Assembly (NCBI GenBank): GCA_963668425.1
Contig: OY764332.1
Location: 41,241-105,240 of the forward strand
Length of the DNA: 64,000 nt
Source: Minisyncoccota bacterium
GTDB lineage: Bacteria; Patescibacteriota; Minisyncoccia; Phycocordibacterales; JABAAK01
Reading direction: 5' to 3'
Shown here one piece after another: positions 10,221 through 19,930 of the stretch; position 1 is the stretch's first letter; every line of letters begins with the position of its first letter. Under the pieces are notes generated by a model. The model was not told the origin of the DNA. It made no database searches and saw nothing but the letters and a program-made list of their open reading frames with translations. Position numbers and translations under genes: made by a program.

Positions 10221-12416
10221 CTATTTGCAGATATCTAACCGATCAGGAATGAACTGGACGCGGTTATTGTGCGGGTGTATTATGTTGGCATTATAGACTG
10301 CACCCTGAAACTCAATATAACTATCAGGATTGGCTGCGCAGTTGGAATCACCTGCATGATCAATTTCTATAGTCATGGTCTTATAAGCCCCGGACACACT
10401 ACCAATAGCATTTGTTTGCAGAATAGGGTAAAACTTAGATGGATCGCTTCCAACGTAGGATTGACCAGCAGCTATCGCTCTAACACTATATTTAGAATTG
10501 GTTATTGATCCTATGGGTGCTCCTTTAGTACGAGTAAGATCGGTTACTTTGAACATCTCGCGCCCGGTCTCTAAAGTCACATACGCTTTTCCACCCCGTC
10601 GTTCAATTGAGGTATAGATGTAGTTCCAATCATCGTTGTTGATGATGAATATGTCGACGCTCTGGGTCACGCCGTCAATTTGATCCCTGCTGATCAATGC
10701 CCGCTTTCGGAGTATATTATCATCCTTTATCCCTCCGGAATAAGAAAGAAGGCCGTTCTTAATGCTATAACTGATATCTTCGTATGTGGCCGTGTGGCTT
10801 GTCCTGATGCCGTCAGCTATCTTGACAGTGCTGGGAATCTCACACTTACCTTCTACCCACTCGTCGGACTCATTAAAGACAATAGGCAGTTCGCAAAACG
10901 CTCTTATGAGAATTATATTAAACGGAGTAAACCTATGGACTCTTGTCCAACCTTCTGGTCTGTGCATTCGTATTGCATAGATTCCAACATCCCCATTTGG
11001 ATCAGTTATCATAGTTCCTGAGATGTCAAATATCTTCTCACCCAAGTCATAGACACAACCTCCTATAGAACATCTATCAAATACCCACATACTTTGATCG
11101 GGAGTGAATACACCATTGGAATATGTGCCGTTATACCAGGTAAATTCAGCTCCCCATGCTTCTAATTCAGAAATACCTTCAATTCTGAATGGCGCCTGTG
11201 GAGGAATCTGTTTAACGGATATATCTAGTGTATTCCAGGTCAACCCAAATGACCCCCTAAATTCTTCACCCTCCCTTACGGCAATATTATCGTTCGCAAT
11301 CGGCCCGCCCCCAAATCTTCCGACAATTTCATCGTCAGTGGTTTGGATAAACAGCTGACCTTGAAGGGCGGCAGGAAGATTTACCTCGTGCCTATTCCCG
11401 TCAGTGTATATTTCGTCATTATGATTCCCGAAGACAATCCTGATAGCGCCAGAAGGTTCATCGCCAACTGATGGACGTATGATGATTCTATTAGGATCAG
11501 TGTTACCGTAAGTGATATGAATACCACCGCCAGTGCCAAGTGAGTTACTCCATGCAGTTGATGGAGAATTGAAGAAACAAACTACCCTACCCGCACTCTC
11601 TGGTACGGTAATCGTGTAGACAGGAGTGCCACCAGAAGTCCGCGAAGCAGTCACCTGATTGCAGTTGCCACTAGTATTGCCGGGATTATCTATAACTGTA
11701 AATGGTGCCCCATTCTGTTGCTGTTGCTGTTGTTGTGCTTGCGGCGCTTGGTCAACTACAACGACTTCTGGTGTGGGGTCAGGAGTTGGGTCGGCTTGTG
11801 GCGCAGGATCAGGAGTAGGTTGCGGAATTGGGTCTGCTGTGGCTGCGGCTTTTGCCTTCATACACAGAATGGCGTCAACTACGGCATCCCATCTACCAGA
11901 AGAGTTATGGACTTTCTGGAGTCGCTTTGCCTCGTCAAGAGTAACCACAGTAGCGTCGCTTGCTTGTCCATTAAGGGTGTCGCGGACGCGTGTCCAGCGT
12001 TCAACATGCTCTGCACCGTTTTGGGTCTCGTCAATGTAGCTCTGTACGTTGGCTAGCAGTTCATCGGAGACACAAGAGCCGTTGGCGTTCAAACACAACA
12101 TGGAGCCCAGTACTGGGTCCCATCTCGCTGCCGAAAAGCGACTCCACATGTTGCGAGCTTCGCTTAGCGTGGTTGGTGTTTGGCCGTTGTCCTCGCCGAA
12201 TGCTGCCAGAACTTTCATCCACCTAGCGACATGAACAGGTCCGTGTTGTACCTCTCCCGCCCATGATTTTACATCAGATATCAAGCCATTTGCTACACAT
12301 TGCTGAGTAGGTTGCTGAGTAGAGGCCGAAGTAGGAATTAATAAAGCAAAGAAAGCAAGAGTAATGATAAGCACGGTTGTTACGCTTGCTAACCGCCATG
12401 TTTTTAAATTTTTCAT
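10221..12416 (-). CDS. Secreted hypothetical protein (731 aa): signal peptide, two ~70-aa Trp/Arg-containing repeats, a Pro/Gln-rich linker with a Q7 run, and a ~480-aa C-terminal domain of unknown function.
   Basis: N-terminus MKNLKTWRLASVTTVLIITLAFFALLIPTSAST. Repeats of the form ...HV.RW..V....G........T..EA......S..RWD.V... occur at about residues 45-115 and 120-190. The linker reads PIPQPTPDPAPQADPTPDPTPE...QAQQQQQQQ (CAA/CAG repeat at 11716-11740). No family was recognised by eye. Confidence 0.65.
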   Translation of the reverse strand: MKNLKTWRLASVTTVLIITLAFFALLIPTSASTQQPTQQCVANGLISDVKSWAGEVQHGPVHVARWMKVLAAFGEDNGQTPTTLSEARNMWSRFSAARWDPVLGSMLCLNANGSCVSDELLANVQSYIDETQNGAEHVERWTRVRDTLNGQASDATVVTLDEAKRLQKVHNSSGRWDAVVDAILCMKAKAAATADPIPQPTPDPAPQADPTPDPTPEVVVVDQAPQAQQQQQQQNGAPFTVIDNPGNTSGNCNQVTASRTSGGTPVYTITVPESAGRVVCFFNSPSTAWSNSLGTGGGIHITYGNTDPNRIIIRPSVGDEPSGAIRIVFGNHNDEIYTDGNRHEVNLPAALQGQLFIQTTDDEIVGRFGGGPIANDNIAVREGEEFRGSFGLTWNTLDISVKQIPPQAPFRIEGISELEAWGAEFTWYNGTYSNGVFTPDQSMWVFDRCSIGGCVYDLGEKIFDISGTMITDPNGDVGIYAIRMHRPEGWTRVHRFTPFNIILIRAFCELPIVFNESDEWVEGKCEIPSTVKIADGIRTSHTATYEDISYSIKNGLLSYSGGIKDDNILRKRALISRDQIDGVTQSVDIFIINNDDWNYIYTSIERRGGKAYVTLETGREMFKVTDLTRTKGAPIGSITNSKYSVRAIAAGQSYVGSDPSKFYPILQTNAIGSVSGAYKTMTIEIDHAGDSNCAANPDSYIEFQGAVYNANIIHPHNNRVQFIPDRLDICK

Positions 12417-12490
12417 ACGTTAATTTTTTATGCTATATAATGTTTTATAATCCAATTTTATTATACTGCAGGTTCATTTTTTTTCGTTTA

Positions 12491-12501
12491 CCCCCCCCCC
12501 C
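12491..12501. repeat. Homopolymeric C11 tract (G11 on the minus strand) in the promoter/5' region of the 731-aa secreted-protein gene.
   Basis: ttttcgttta ccccccccccc gacattgtg. It sits 75-85 bp upstream of the ATG at 12416 on the coding strand. Confidence 0.9.
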
Positions 12502-12744
12502 GACATTGTGGAAAACTTATTGAAAACTGTTCAGCATGCTATATACTCTTTGCTCTCTTTTTAGGGTATATTGCACTGAACAGTATGGGCGTAAGCAAAA
12601 TATCCTGTATATTGACAGCAATATGAATACCTTATATGATATAGTTACGATTTAGTAGTTATGACAATGATTTATTTTTATGTATGTCATATTTTACTTT
12701 TTTTTACACACGGACAAATTAGCAATTTTTCTATATAAGTAGGA

Positions 12745-13665
12745 CTAGTGTGGGCGGTAGACCACTATTCCTGGTTTGTTTTTGAGGTAGGTGAGGAAGT
12801 CGTCGTCAATGACCTGCTGTGCTTTTTCTCTGGAGGAAGCGTGGCGTAGGTATGTTCCCCTGCTGTTTTTGATAAAGATACCGGTGTGCGTCACATCAAG
12901 TCCGTCAATGTCTGTGTATATTCCAATGTAGTCACCGGTGCGAAGGTTCTTCATGCTCTCGTCGGTAATAGCAGTAGACGGTATGTAGTTGATTGTACGA
13001 GACAGTATCGGAATTCCTTCTAGAAAAACACTGCCGTCTTTTTTCTGATTTAATTGCTTTTTAACAGGTATCGCCACATTACCCCCGACCTCTTTTGTCA
13101 CATCAGATACTTGATCACTGTTATACTTCACCCAGTCAGAAAAGAAGTGGTTTCTGTATTGAAACTCTACAATTCCGGATTTATATCGGGTGTGCTGTAA
13201 TGCGTTCAGAAAGGTGTCATATGAATCTGACAGGCGGGCTGCTTCAACATAATCAATATACGTAAAGCAATCCAACCCGGCGAGATGGACGGTGAGCTTT
13301 TCACGTGTTTTTGCACTTCCTACGAGGGTGTTCCCTTCATACGGGGTGCCTAAAAATTTCTCTGAGATGTGAGTAATTTGTTCTCCGATATCAGATAGGT
13401 GTGTGGATCCCTGTATTACACCAGAGAGTGTTTTTTTGGTCCAATTGCCAAGGTTTGTCTGTATGGCGTTCCTTGCCATTAGTCGCTCTCTTGCATGCAC
13501 TCCTGCTGGTATTGGGTCACCATGTTCCTGTGGTTCTATCTTGGCAAGCATAGAGAGCATGCTATATGCTATCCAGCTGATACCAATCAACATGCCCACC
13601 ATTCCTAAAAGTATTACTTTTGCTTTCATACTTATAGCGTACACTATGCCTGTCTTACACTGCAT
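12745..13665 (-). CDS. Membrane-anchored putative cell-wall hydrolase, NlpC/P60-superfamily (DUF1460-like, Cys/His papain-like).
   Basis: N-terminal TM segment MKAKVILLGMVGMLIGISWIAY. A GLDCFTYIDYVEAARL segment (candidate catalytic Cys) and ...DVTHTGIFIKNSRGTYLRHAS (candidate His) resemble DUF1460/amidase-like proteins. The assignment is from memory of the family. Confidence 0.4.
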   Translation of the reverse strand: MQCKTGIVYAISMKAKVILLGMVGMLIGISWIAYSMLSMLAKIEPQEHGDPIPAGVHARERLMARNAIQTNLGNWTKKTLSGVIQGSTHLSDIGEQITHISEKFLGTPYEGNTLVGSAKTREKLTVHLAGLDCFTYIDYVEAARLSDSYDTFLNALQHTRYKSGIVEFQYRNHFFSDWVKYNSDQVSDVTKEVGGNVAIPVKKQLNQKKDGSVFLEGIPILSRTINYIPSTAITDESMKNLRTGDYIGIYTDIDGLDVTHTGIFIKNSRGTYLRHASSREKAQQVIDDDFLTYLKNKPGIVVYRPH

Positions 13666-13732
13666 ATATTCTGGTTTTAGATTGCTGTATACTGGTTTTG
13701 TTTGTTATTAAGATGCTATCGTACAGTTATAT

Positions 13733-14599
13733 ATGAAGAAGAATATTAGTATTTTTACTCACGCAAAAAAGATATTTTTTGTGACCTATGTTCGTATTGT
13801 TGCAATTTTGATTGTGAGTGTTGCAGCGACTTTTCTAGTGGGTATTGGATCGGTGTCTGAGTTATTCTACTATGTAACTGGTTTGAATTATTTTACACCT
13901 GACTTTTTCTCAGTTTTCTTGGACACGTCTTCAGGTGCTCCGTGGATGGTGCCACTTGGTATTAGTATTAGCATTCTTGCGATGTTTTTACTCTTACTTA
14001 TTACTTTCGTCACTTCTGCCACGACTGCTTTTGTGCTGGTTCGTAATACATCATTCCTGGAATCAATCAAGCTTGGGGTTACCAAGGGCTTGCGATCTAT
14101 TCCGGCGCAAGCGTTGTTTCTTGCTCTGCTGGTTGTGAGTAGTATACCGAGCTTTCTACTTATACTTCTTTCTTTGAGAATAGCAAATGATGCAAATGGC
14201 GCATTGGCGTTGTTCTGTATACTGTTAGGAGCGCTTCTTCTTCTTTTGCCGTTTTTTATTGGCTTGCGATCTGTATTTGTGGTATTTATTTGGCTGGAAA
14301 ATCAAAAAGCGAGGGCATGGTCTATTGTGAAAAAATCCTTTGTACTTACTCAAGGTACTGTTATTTGGATGATGGTGCTTGCTATTGTTTTGGCTGGAGC
14401 TGGAGCGATGATTATTCACCCGTTGCTTGTTTTACTGCTATCCACGCTGGCTGTGTTGCCGTCCGGAGACACGCTCTCGGCGATTGTTGATCAGATTATT
14501 TCTATCTTCCTTCTTACACCGATTATGTACGCATTATTCTACACGTTTTACGTGCAGGCAAAAAAACGAGCTGTCAGTATTAAGAAAAGGAGTGTATAG
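13733..14599 (+). CDS. Polytopic integral membrane protein, hypothetical.
   Basis: 288-aa ORF with six or more hydrophobic segments. Its stop (14597-14599) is 2 nt before the M16 peptidase start at 14602, which suggests an operon. Confidence 0.55.
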   Translation: MKKNISIFTHAKKIFFVTYVRIVAILIVSVAATFLVGIGSVSELFYYVTGLNYFTPDFFSVFLDTSSGAPWMVPLGISISILAMFLLLLITFVTSATTAFVLVRNTSFLESIKLGVTKGLRSIPAQALFLALLVVSSIPSFLLILLSLRIANDANGALALFCILLGALLLLLPFFIGLRSVFVVFIWLENQKARAWSIVKKSFVLTQGTVIWMMVLAIVLAGAGAMIIHPLLVLLLSTLAVLPSGDTLSAIVDQIISIFLLTPIMYALFYTFYVQAKKRAVSIKKRSV

Positions 14600-14601
14600 C
14601 T

Positions 14602-15876
14602 ATGACTGAAACACAGACATTAGAGAACGGTATTACCGTATTGTTGAGTCCGGATGATCGGGCGGAGACGGTTTGCGTGCTGGTTGGTGTGGCAATTGGC
14701 GCGAATCATGAGGCAGGAAATGAATATGGCTTGGCGCATTTTTTTGAGCATATGTGCTTTAAGGGGACAAAGACCTATCCTACCAATGCAGAGCTTGTAA
14801 CACGCATGGATGAATCTGGGATTGTGGCGAATGCGTATACTGGCAGAGAGTACACTGCCTATTATATGTCTGGGCGGGCGGAACGGCTTCAGGATATACT
14901 GTGCTTAACTGCTGATATTTTCTTGCACTCTTTGTTTCCTGCAAATGAGTTGGCTAAAGAAAAAAAAGTAATCACTGAAGAGATAGTGATGTATCGGGAT
15001 GATCCGCTATCACGAGCATTTGATGAGGTGAGTCAATTGCTATTTCATGGTACTGTAGCTGAACACCCTGTCTTGGGGACGGCAGAATCAGTTTCTTCAT
15101 TTTCCCGGGACGATTTTGTTCGCTTTTTACAAAAGCATTACACGACAGCAAACACTATTATCTCTATAGCTGGAAAATTTGATCGTGATGCCGTGTTGCA
15201 GGAGTTAGAAAAACTATATGATAGTGCGATAGTGGGTCAGCAGACCGCGCAGGTTGTTATACCGCCTGTTTTGCCAAAAGAAAACCACCGCTCTGTGGTG
15301 CGGAGTGACTTAGAACAAACTCACATTGTTATAGGTGGCTATGCGCCGTCGTACAACAGCGTGGATCGGTATACGGCTGAGGTGTTTGATGTGCTATTCG
15401 GTGGATCTATGAGCTCTAGGTTGTTTTTCCGGGTACGGGAAAAGTTGGGGGCGTGTTACACCATCAAGACCTACGTAGATTTTATGACCCATGCTGGAGA
15501 ATTTTCTATCTACACTGGTATTGCCGGCAGGAGGATGCCAGAGGTGCTGGAAGCAATTGCTGATGAATGTGCACTTATCAAAAAAACACCGGTGCCTGAC
15601 GCGGAGCTGCAAAAAGCAAAGGAGTTCCTTCTCGGGCTGTATGCGGTACAGCAGGAAAGTAAAAATAGTATTGCGACTGAGCAAATGCATGCCTGTGCGC
15701 AAGGTGGCAAGACGGAAGATGGTGAGGAGTATAAGCGGGATATTTTGTCTGTTACATCTGAGGATGTTCAGCGTGTCGCCACTACTATTTTAGATAGCAA
15801 AAAAATGAGCACTTGTTATGTGTCCAATAGTGCAATTGAAAAGTCCATTACTGAGAATTTCTATAGTGGATTTTGA
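14602..15876 (+). CDS. M16-family (pitrilysin/insulinase-like) zinc peptidase.
   Basis: GLAHFFEHMCFKGTKTY matches the inverted zinc-binding HxxEH motif of M16 peptidases. The 424-aa length is typical. Confidence 0.85.
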   Translation: MTETQTLENGITVLLSPDDRAETVCVLVGVAIGANHEAGNEYGLAHFFEHMCFKGTKTYPTNAELVTRMDESGIVANAYTGREYTAYYMSGRAERLQDILCLTADIFLHSLFPANELAKEKKVITEEIVMYRDDPLSRAFDEVSQLLFHGTVAEHPVLGTAESVSSFSRDDFVRFLQKHYTTANTIISIAGKFDRDAVLQELEKLYDSAIVGQQTAQVVIPPVLPKENHRSVVRSDLEQTHIVIGGYAPSYNSVDRYTAEVFDVLFGGSMSSRLFFRVREKLGACYTIKTYVDFMTHAGEFSIYTGIAGRRMPEVLEAIADECALIKKTPVPDAELQKAKEFLLGLYAVQQESKNSIATEQMHACAQGGKTEDGEEYKRDILSVTSEDVQRVATTILDSKKMSTCYVSNSAIEKSITENFYSGF

Positions 15877-15908
15877 TTGCTGTTGTTGCCCCTTGATCCC
15901 CCTCAATG

Positions 15909-16505
15909 CTACTGATTTTTGTGCACATCTTTCATCGCCATCATCCGTACCTTATCAATCCATTTTTGACGTATCTCATCTGATGACCCGCTGGTCGGAC
16001 CGAAACTGGTAACGGCAACTGGTTTCACGCCACAGGTGCGCAAAATTCCTTTTGATAGTTCATTTGTGTATGAGCCAATACTACACCAAAGCAAAAATGG
16101 ATGTGCTGAGCCGACGATATTGATAATCCGACCGCTCTTTCCTTTGAGCAGTGGCTTGAATGTGTTGTCTTCAAAGGAAAAAGCAAATTTCGGTAAAAAT
16201 GTCCGATCAAATAACCCTTTCATTTTTGCCGGCATAGTATTCCACCAGTTTGGATACACGAACACCAAATGATCTGCAAGACGAATTGCCTTTTGAAATT
16301 TAAGTAAATCTGGCTCTAACTCTTGAATTTCCTCATACCCCTTGTGTAGCACTGGGTCAAAATCCATCTCCTCAATGTTAAACCGCATTACTTTAGCACC
16401 TGCCTGCTCTGCTGCACTATGGTACGCATTGCTGCATGCGTATGAGAATGATGACGGCACTGGGTTTGCATTCAAAAGGAGAATTTTTTGTTTTTCCTCA
16501 TTCAT
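15909..16505 (-). CDS. Flavodoxin-fold NAD(P)H dehydrogenase (quinone)-like protein (Flavodoxin_2 / MdaB-KefF-like).
   Basis: KILLLNANPVPSSFSYACSNAYHSAAEQAG...HLVFVYPNWWNTMPAKMKGLFDRTF is typical of NAD(P)H:quinone oxidoreductase-like flavoproteins. Confidence 0.7.
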   Translation of the reverse strand: MNEEKQKILLLNANPVPSSFSYACSNAYHSAAEQAGAKVMRFNIEEMDFDPVLHKGYEEIQELEPDLLKFQKAIRLADHLVFVYPNWWNTMPAKMKGLFDRTFLPKFAFSFEDNTFKPLLKGKSGRIINIVGSAHPFLLWCSIGSYTNELSKGILRTCGVKPVAVTSFGPTSGSSDEIRQKWIDKVRMMAMKDVHKNQ

Positions 16506-16507
16506 GG

Positions 16508-17071
16508 TTATGCGGTGTCAGTGTTTTTATTATTACTCTTTTCATCCTCTTTATTGCTGATAGGGTGTATAAAGTATCGTAGTGCGAAAAATAGCAACTG
16601 GAAAATCCCTAACAATATGAGATACAGCACCATCGCGTCAATAATACCACTTGCCTGCACCCCTACTGCGCTGTAGTAGGAATGGTATGTTGCTAAAAAG
16701 TACCATCCTGCACCGATTGCCGGAGCGAAATGGTCAACAGGAAATATCTTGTGCCATCGTGCCATACCGAACGCTATGATTGCGTTTGCCATCAATACAA
16801 ATGCTTTAACGCCATACTCATACCACACCTCAGGAATGCCATCCATAATGCCAAATATAATAATGTACAGTGCCACTAAAATCGCGAGGAAAATATGAAA
16901 CAGGCGGAGGAGTGTATAGATGCTCTGAATCAGTACATTCCCTATCCCCTCCCGCGGGTACCCAAATCGCAAGCTGATACCGTATGAGATTACTGCGAGT
17001 GTAGATGCACCCAACAGTACTCCCATGATATAGTTTTCAGTCAATGAAAGAAGTGTAATTGGAATTTCCAT
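16508..17071 (-). CDS. Integral membrane protein, hypothetical. A 3-nt gap after the quinone reductase-like gene suggests an operon.
   Basis: 187 aa with five or six TM helices. No motif was recognised. Confidence 0.5.
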   Translation of the reverse strand: MEIPITLLSLTENYIMGVLLGASTLAVISYGISLRFGYPREGIGNVLIQSIYTLLRLFHIFLAILVALYIIIFGIMDGIPEVWYEYGVKAFVLMANAIIAFGMARWHKIFPVDHFAPAIGAGWYFLATYHSYYSAVGVQASGIIDAMVLYLILLGIFQLLFFALRYFIHPISNKEDEKSNNKNTDTA

Positions 17072-17074
17072 ACA

Positions 17075-17320
17075 TTATGTAGTATGCCGTATTTTTTTTA
17101 TCAATCCCTGCATTTCTGATTGATACTTCTGCATTACTGAAGCGGTGGCAAGCATTTCGTCCTGTCCGTTTTTTTTCTTCTCCTGCACTTCTTTTGCGAT
17201 TTTCTCAAACAGATCAGGATTTTCTTCAAACATCCGCATGAACAATTTTCGTTGCTCTTCTGGCATATTCTTTAGCTGCCTCTCCATCATTTTTTTTGTC
17301 AGAAACCCTTTTATCCCCAT
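17075..17320 (-). CDS. Small charged hypothetical protein (81 aa).
   Basis: ORF immediately downstream of the membrane-protein gene. The sequence MGIKGFLTKKMMERQLKNMPEEQRKLFMRMFEENPDLFEKIAKEVQEKKK is helical and Lys/Glu-rich. Confidence 0.3.
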   Translation of the reverse strand: MGIKGFLTKKMMERQLKNMPEEQRKLFMRMFEENPDLFEKIAKEVQEKKKNGQDEMLATASVMQKYQSEMQGLIKKIRHTT

Positions 17321-17393
17321 ACTCTTTTAGTATACTGTATAAACTTGTTGTGCTATGGTGTTGCCTATACTATGCTGTATAGTATAGGCATAG

Positions 17394-17468
17394 GGGCCCG
17401 TAGCTCAGTTGGCTTAGAGCACCGGTTTTGCACTCCGGAGGTCGCAGGTTCAAGTCCTGTCGGGTCCA
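17394..17468 (+). tRNA. tRNA-Ala (anticodon TGC), CCA not encoded.
   Basis: GGGCCCG-TA-GCTCAGTTGGCTTAGAGC-A-CCGGT-TTTGCAC-TCCGG-AGGTC-GCAGG-TTCAAGT-CCTGT-CGGGTCC-A. The cloverleaf can be drawn and the G3:U70 alanine identity pair is present. Confidence 0.85.
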
Positions 17469-17673
17469 CTAGATAGCATACGTGATGTATGTTCGCTATC
17501 GTTCATGCTATTGTTTTTTGATTTTTTTTGTACTATGACTTAGCCCCCTCTCCATGCTTGTTGTTGTGTTGCGGGACAGGTATACAGTATAAATAAAAAG
17601 TGGAAGGGGGTTATCCCTTCCACGATGTGTGTGCGAAGTGGTTTTGATATCTGGAGTAGATTGTCTCCCCTGC

Positions 17674-19104
17674 TTACTTAGTGATGCCAACTCCTTTGAA
17701 GAGGATGCGGCGCGCGCGATCCGTCAGAGGAGGAATGAAGTTGTGGGAGAATTTTCCAAAAAACCCTTGTTGCACTATTGCTTTTTGGTTTGAAAATGCT
17801 CTAAATCCAACCTTCCCTCCTTTATACCGACCCATCCCGCTGTACCCTACACCACCAAATCCCATAGTGTGAGATCCTGCGTGTAGTAAAAAATCGTTTA
17901 CTGTTACCCCGCCGGAAGAAGTGCGTGCAATTACTGCATTAATGTGATCTGTGCTCTTTCCAAAAATGTACAGTGCGAGCGGTTTTTCACCTTGATTAAT
18001 GTGGTTAATTGCGTCCTCAACGCTCTGATATGGGATGATAGGTAATAGCGGACCAAAAACTTCTTCCTGACACACTTTTGTGCTTTGCGGTGGATCTATC
18101 ACCAATGTCGGAGGAATTTTTCTGGTTTTTGCATCTGGCAACGCCTCATCGCGTGGAACAACAGAGATAACCTTTGCATTAAGGGTCTTGAGTTCTTGCA
18201 GATAGCTCTGTATTCGATCATACGCTCCGTCGCCTACCAAAGTGGTATATTGAGGGTTTGTCTGCAATGATGGATATGACACTTCAATTGCATCCTTCAC
18301 CAGATCAACAAAATGTGTGAGGTGTGCTTCCGGCACAAGCACATAATCACCTCTGATGCATACCTGTCCTCCGTTTAGAAGCATTACCTTTGCTACTTTT
18401 TTTGCCAGAAGAGCAAGATCGGCATCAGGGAGTACCACCACTGGTGACTTACCTCCTAATTCAAGCAGTACTGGAGTGAGGTTTGAAGCCGCTGCTGCCA
18501 TGATGTGTTTCGCTACTTCTGAGCCGCCGGTAAAGACAAGTTTGTCCCATGCCAAGGTTGAAAAATGTTTTGCTGTTTCTATGTCACCTGTGCAGATTGC
18601 GATAACGTCTTCACTGAAATATTGTTTCGCTAGAGTGCTCATCAACGTGCCTGTCTTTGGCATTGATTCAGGAAATCGCAACACCGTTGTGTTACCTGCT
18701 GCAATCGCATCAATCGCAGGGTCAAATGCTAAGCTTATCGGCGCGTTAAAAGGGGCAAGTATCCCCACAACACCGAGTGGCTCATTTCTAATGTAGGATT
18801 TTTGTCCCAATAGTCCTAGCCAGCCATCTGATTGTCGCTCGTCAGGAAGCCATGCTTTGAGATGCTTTCGTACATGTCGTACGTGATCAAGCACTGGATA
18901 GATATCCCCTAAAAAAGCCATGTCGTAATCTCTGGTGCCAAAATCTTCTTGAAGCGCCTTTATGATGTCTTCATACTGATCACGTATACACTGATCAATT
19001 TGATTGAGTGTGTGCATTCGTTGAGCATAGGAACGTCCATGACACTCTTTGTATGTAACGCTTTGCAAAGCAAATACACGGTCAAGTTCTTTGATATGAT
19101 TCAT
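17674..19104 (-). CDS. Aldehyde dehydrogenase (NAD(P)+), ALDH class-3/coniferyl-aldehyde-dehydrogenase-like.
   Basis: LELGGKSPVVV (the ELGGKSP ALDH motif), a catalytic-Cys region GGQVCIRGDYVLV, and EEVFGPLLPI. Length is 476 aa. Confidence 0.85.
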   Translation of the reverse strand: MNHIKELDRVFALQSVTYKECHGRSYAQRMHTLNQIDQCIRDQYEDIIKALQEDFGTRDYDMAFLGDIYPVLDHVRHVRKHLKAWLPDERQSDGWLGLLGQKSYIRNEPLGVVGILAPFNAPISLAFDPAIDAIAAGNTTVLRFPESMPKTGTLMSTLAKQYFSEDVIAICTGDIETAKHFSTLAWDKLVFTGGSEVAKHIMAAAASNLTPVLLELGGKSPVVVLPDADLALLAKKVAKVMLLNGGQVCIRGDYVLVPEAHLTHFVDLVKDAIEVSYPSLQTNPQYTTLVGDGAYDRIQSYLQELKTLNAKVISVVPRDEALPDAKTRKIPPTLVIDPPQSTKVCQEEVFGPLLPIIPYQSVEDAINHINQGEKPLALYIFGKSTDHINAVIARTSSGGVTVNDFLLHAGSHTMGFGGVGYSGMGRYKGGKVGFRAFSNQKAIVQQGFFGKFSHNFIPPLTDRARRILFKGVGITK

Positions 19105-19383
19105 GCTGTATATACCTCATTATATACTTAGAAGAATGTTGTTTAACCCTTTGTTTCCATGCACTTTCGGTTCTGACTGATATGACTTAGATCAAGAGTG
19201 AATACTATTTCTTAGACCTCCTTTGCTTTGATCTATTCTTTTTTTAGCATACCATCTTTTCTCCTTTTTGAGAATGCACAGAAACAAACTATTTTTTTAA
19301 GAAATATCATATGTTCATATTATATACAGCAACCTCTCCAAGATGTATGGTAATGTGTTGAAAGTTAAAGTGTAATAGAAGTA

Positions 19384-19406
19384 CCCCCCGCAAAAATGGG
19401 GGGGGG
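19384..19406 (-). other. C6 / 8-nt loop / G9 hairpin immediately 3' of the lipoprotein gene (terminator-like, but with no clear U-tract).
   Basis: CCCCCC gcaaaaat GGGGGGGGG. On the minus strand it reads C9 atttttgc G6. Confidence 0.3.
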
Positions 19407-19413
19407 TAAGGGA

Positions 19414-19839
19414 TTAACCAACAATTAGTTCATCGAGATATCCCTCAGGCGCATCCTCTCTCAGACCTTCTGTATCCATATCAAGTTCTGCCAAAAGAAC
19501 TCCAGGGAGGTTTTCAAGACCACTGAGTAACGGAGATGGATCAACATCTGACCCAAGGTATATCCTCTCTACGGAATATCCATTGTTCCAGTAATATGTC
19601 TTTATCACCCGTGAGCTATATCCTTCCTGAAGAAGAAATTCATTTACAACATCTACAGGAGTACAGTCATCGCTAGGAATAATTGAGTCGTACGTAATCC
19701 ACACAATGCCTGAATTGTTTTCGTCCAGATTATTTTCGTCCAGATTATTTTCAGATAGTTCAGAGCAACCACCCATAAACACACAGAACGTGGCAAGGAA
19801 AAACAAGATGCACAGACGATTCAAAATAAACACCTCCAT
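19414..19839 (-). CDS. Small lipoprotein, hypothetical.
   Basis: Signal peptide plus lipobox (...FCVFMGGCSE), then ENNLDENNLDENN, a 15-nt x 2 tandem repeat at 19719-19748. Length is 141 aa. Confidence 0.5.
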   Translation of the reverse strand: MEVFILNRLCILFFLATFCVFMGGCSELSENNLDENNLDENNSGIVWITYDSIIPSDDCTPVDVVNEFLLQEGYSSRVIKTYYWNNGYSVERIYLGSDVDPSPLLSGLENLPGVLLAELDMDTEGLREDAPEGYLDELIVG

Positions 19840-19930
19840 CTATACAGTATTAAAAAGAATCTTTCTTTACTAATTGTACCACATATTCTGTATTTGGCAA
19901 TAACTTCTGGACTGCACACTACATGCTATT

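Noticed and set aside
11659-12056. Plus-strand ORFs with a poly-Cys run (…CCCCCCC…) opposite the 731-aa gene.
   Set aside because: The Cys run is the antisense reading of the CAA/CAG poly-Gln repeat, so it is not a real gene.
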